From: Candidatus Nanohalobium sp.
GTDB taxonomy: Archaea > Nanohalarchaeota > Nanosalinia > Nanosalinales > Nanosalinaceae
Direction: 5' to 3'
Length of the DNA stretch: 38,244 nucleotides
NCBI GenBank assembly: GCA_042217545.1
Contig: JBDGSM010000032.1
Coordinates: forward strand, 1 to 38,244
Both the position numbers and the translations under genes were made by a program. Below the pieces are notes generated by a model. The model was not told where the DNA came from, did not search any database, and was given only the letters and a program-made list of their open reading frames with translations. Of this stretch, positions 36,501 through 38,244 are shown in pieces (position 1 is the stretch's first letter; every line of letters begins with the position of its first letter).

Positions 36501-37468
36501 ATGCCAGGTCCTGATTACCTGCCTGGCGAGTTCAATATACCTGACAACTACAACGTACTGCACGTCTCCGAAATACACGCTTTCGAAGAACACGATCCGG
36601 ATATAAGGGAAGACTACGTCCGTGGAGTCGGAAAACAGGTCAACGACTACGTCGAAACATATGATGTGGACGAGATACACGTCATGGGAGACACAGGGAC
36701 CTTCGACGACGTCTACAACTTCCTGGACGAGCTGGAAGCAGGTCCAGAGGTAAAGCTGGTCGCAGGAGACGAGGACAAGAAGACGCAGATCCTGACTACC
36801 CGGATGAGGAAGCTGACGAGTTCACAGGCTTCATGAAACAGATAAACTCTCCGCAGCCCTTCGATGTCGACGTGGACTACGAGATATTCGACGAAGGCTT
36901 CGAGACAGAGATCAGAGGAAACACGGTACAGGCCGCCCATCATCCGCACAGGAAGAAGAGAGACGAAGGCCTCAAGTATCCGGACACACGGGACGAAAGG
37001 ATCCTGGACGATCTGTTCTCGGTGAAACGGTACATCAACGAGCAGTCGACAAGGAGGACGCCTCCAAGCCTTTCCGGAACAGATATCGCCATCTACGACC
37101 ACGTGCACATGCCTTACCCGAGAACTGTCGGAGACAAGATCCTTTTAGGCCTTGGAGCCCGGCGCTTCAACTACCAGTCCAGGCCTGACAACATGCCGGA
37201 GAGAAGCATCCATCTCACCAGTTTCGAGGACGACAAAGCCCACTCACTGCATTTCGACGCAGAACACAACGAGATCTTCGAGCACGAGGTCTTCGATCAG
37301 ACCGGTGAAGAAGTGGAGATGTTCTACGTCGAGACGCCCCGGGGCAACACCCACAACTCCGGCTACCTCCCAATCCAGAGCCGTTTCAAGCGGGACCAGA
37401 TAGTGGATGAAGCGTGGGAAGACAACAGAGACATGCCAGATCCGTGGAGTCAGAGAGAAGCGGCGTAG
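36501..37468 (+). pseudogene. Calcineurin-like metallophosphoesterase-related protein, split or frameshifted near 36780
   Basis: LHVSEIH, MGD and AGDED lie in frame A; the other frame reads DADPDYPDEEADEFTGFMKQ... then AHH and DHVHMP up to the stop at 37468. Confidence 0.6.
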
Positions 37469-37500
37469 AAATTTAACTGTCGAAGGCCTCAAACTTCTCT

Positions 37501-38013
37501 ATGAAGTACTTCGAACAGACACCTGAAGAACTGGAGGAATTCCTCGGATTCATGGAGGAAGACCTTGAAAACGTGAAAAGAGTGAAGGAAACAGTGGAGG
37601 AGGAAGGCCTTGAAGCCGACTTCATAGTCCACGCAAAGAGCGAGACCGTGGAGGAGTCCGCTGAGAACACGGGAGTCGACGAGGAGGAAATCGTGAAGAC
37701 ATTAGTCTTCGTCGGAGAAAGGCCTGTCGCGGTTCTGTGCCCTGGAGACACTTCTGTATCCGAAAGCAAACTGGAGGACTTAACGAGTTCTGAAGTACGG
37801 ATGGCGAGGCCTGACGAGGTAGAAGAAGCTACAGGATACTACGTGGGCGGAGTCTCGCCTTTCGACCTCGAGATCCCAGTCTACATGGAGGAGGAGATCT
37901 TGGAGAACGAGGAAGTAAAGCCGGCGGCCGGCTCACGCGTAGTAGGCGTAACGGTCGATCCTGAGGCCTTGAAGGAAGTGTCTGGCGCGGAAGTCGTAGA
38001 CGTGAGCAGGTAA
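37501..38013 (+). CDS. YbaK/EbsC family aminoacyl-tRNA deacylase
   Basis: IVKTLVF, TGYYVGGVSPF and AAG motifs. Confidence 0.9.
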   Translation: MKYFEQTPEELEEFLGFMEEDLENVKRVKETVEEEGLEADFIVHAKSETVEESAENTGVDEEEIVKTLVFVGERPVAVLCPGDTSVSESKLEDLTSSEVRMARPDEVEEATGYYVGGVSPFDLEIPVYMEEEILENEEVKPAAGSRVVGVTVDPEALKEVSGAEVVDVSR

Positions 38014-38165
38014 AGTTTTAAGATTCCGCTGCAGAACTTTTGATGTCGCCAATGAAAGGTGGACGTTTTTACCGTCGACGCGTCTAGAACCTCATTAAAA
38101 TCTTCTAGAGTCAAAAATATTCTCTTAAGCGTTCCCGCGCAACCTTCTTCCAGGTAGATCGAAAA

Positions 38166-38244
38166 ATGGATACTGAAGAGCGTAAAGAGCTGGTTCTCAG
38201 GAATACAGAGGAAATCATCAAGGAGGAAGAGCTGGATCAGATAC
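38166..38244 (+). CDS. tyrS: Tyrosine--tRNA ligase N-terminus, partial at the window end
   Basis: MDTEERKELVLRNTEEIIKEEEL matches the typical archaeal TyrRS start; only 26 codons are visible. Confidence 0.7.
   Translation, partial: MDTEERKELVLRNTEEIIKEEELDQI

Larger units (their letters stand above)
225..37969. repeat. Dispersed, highly iterated palindrome AGGCCT
   Basis: About 139 copies by manual count (could be off by a few) against about 9 expected for a hexamer in 38 kb at roughly 50% GC. Confidence 0.9.

Noticed and set aside
38014..38165. Inverted repeat TCTAGAA/TTCTAGA upstream of tyrS and ORF 37881..38114
   Set aside because: A short stem compatible with chance; the ORF overlaps ybaK antisense and has no support.
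1..38244. CRISPR array, tRNA or rRNA genes
   Set aside because: No regularly spaced repeats, cloverleaf or rRNA-like segments were found by eye; most spacers are too short.

Overview
Archaeal chromosomal window with a strongly acidic proteome, compact intergenic spacers and archaeal-type housekeeping genes; most consistent with a nanohaloarchaeon (DPANN), which is an inference from gene content and style. About 0.6-16.8 kb is an alpha-glucan/glycogen and upper-glycolysis cluster: two GT4 glycosyltransferases, a single-domain GT4 paralogue, GH57, GT3 glycogen synthase, a debranching enzyme, PGI, TPI, ADP-dependent kinase, PGM and an HxHxQ HIT protein. The rest holds tandem minD, trmY, leuS, FKBP PPIase, ftsZ-secE-spt5-rpl11-rpl1-rpl10, rpl12, alaS, hsp20, rtcA, ybaK and the start of tyrS. 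Signals not explained by these genes: (1) the palindrome AGGCCT occurs about 139 times by manual count, against about 9 expected, and often sits exactly at start or stop codons, resembling a HIP1-type iterated palindrome; (2) a roughly 280 bp protein-free IS200/IS605-like element with its own TATA box and a TnpB omega-RNA-like scaffold lies between trmY and leuS; (3) a double-hairpin element that sequesters the SD sequence is repeated upstream of rpl1 and rpl10; (4) a MazG-like ORF carries two in-frame TAG codons, and three other accessory genes appear frameshifted; (5) a degenerate LAGLIDADG-like gene and a small membrane gene separate rpl10 from rpl12. No CRISPR array, tRNA or rRNA was seen.
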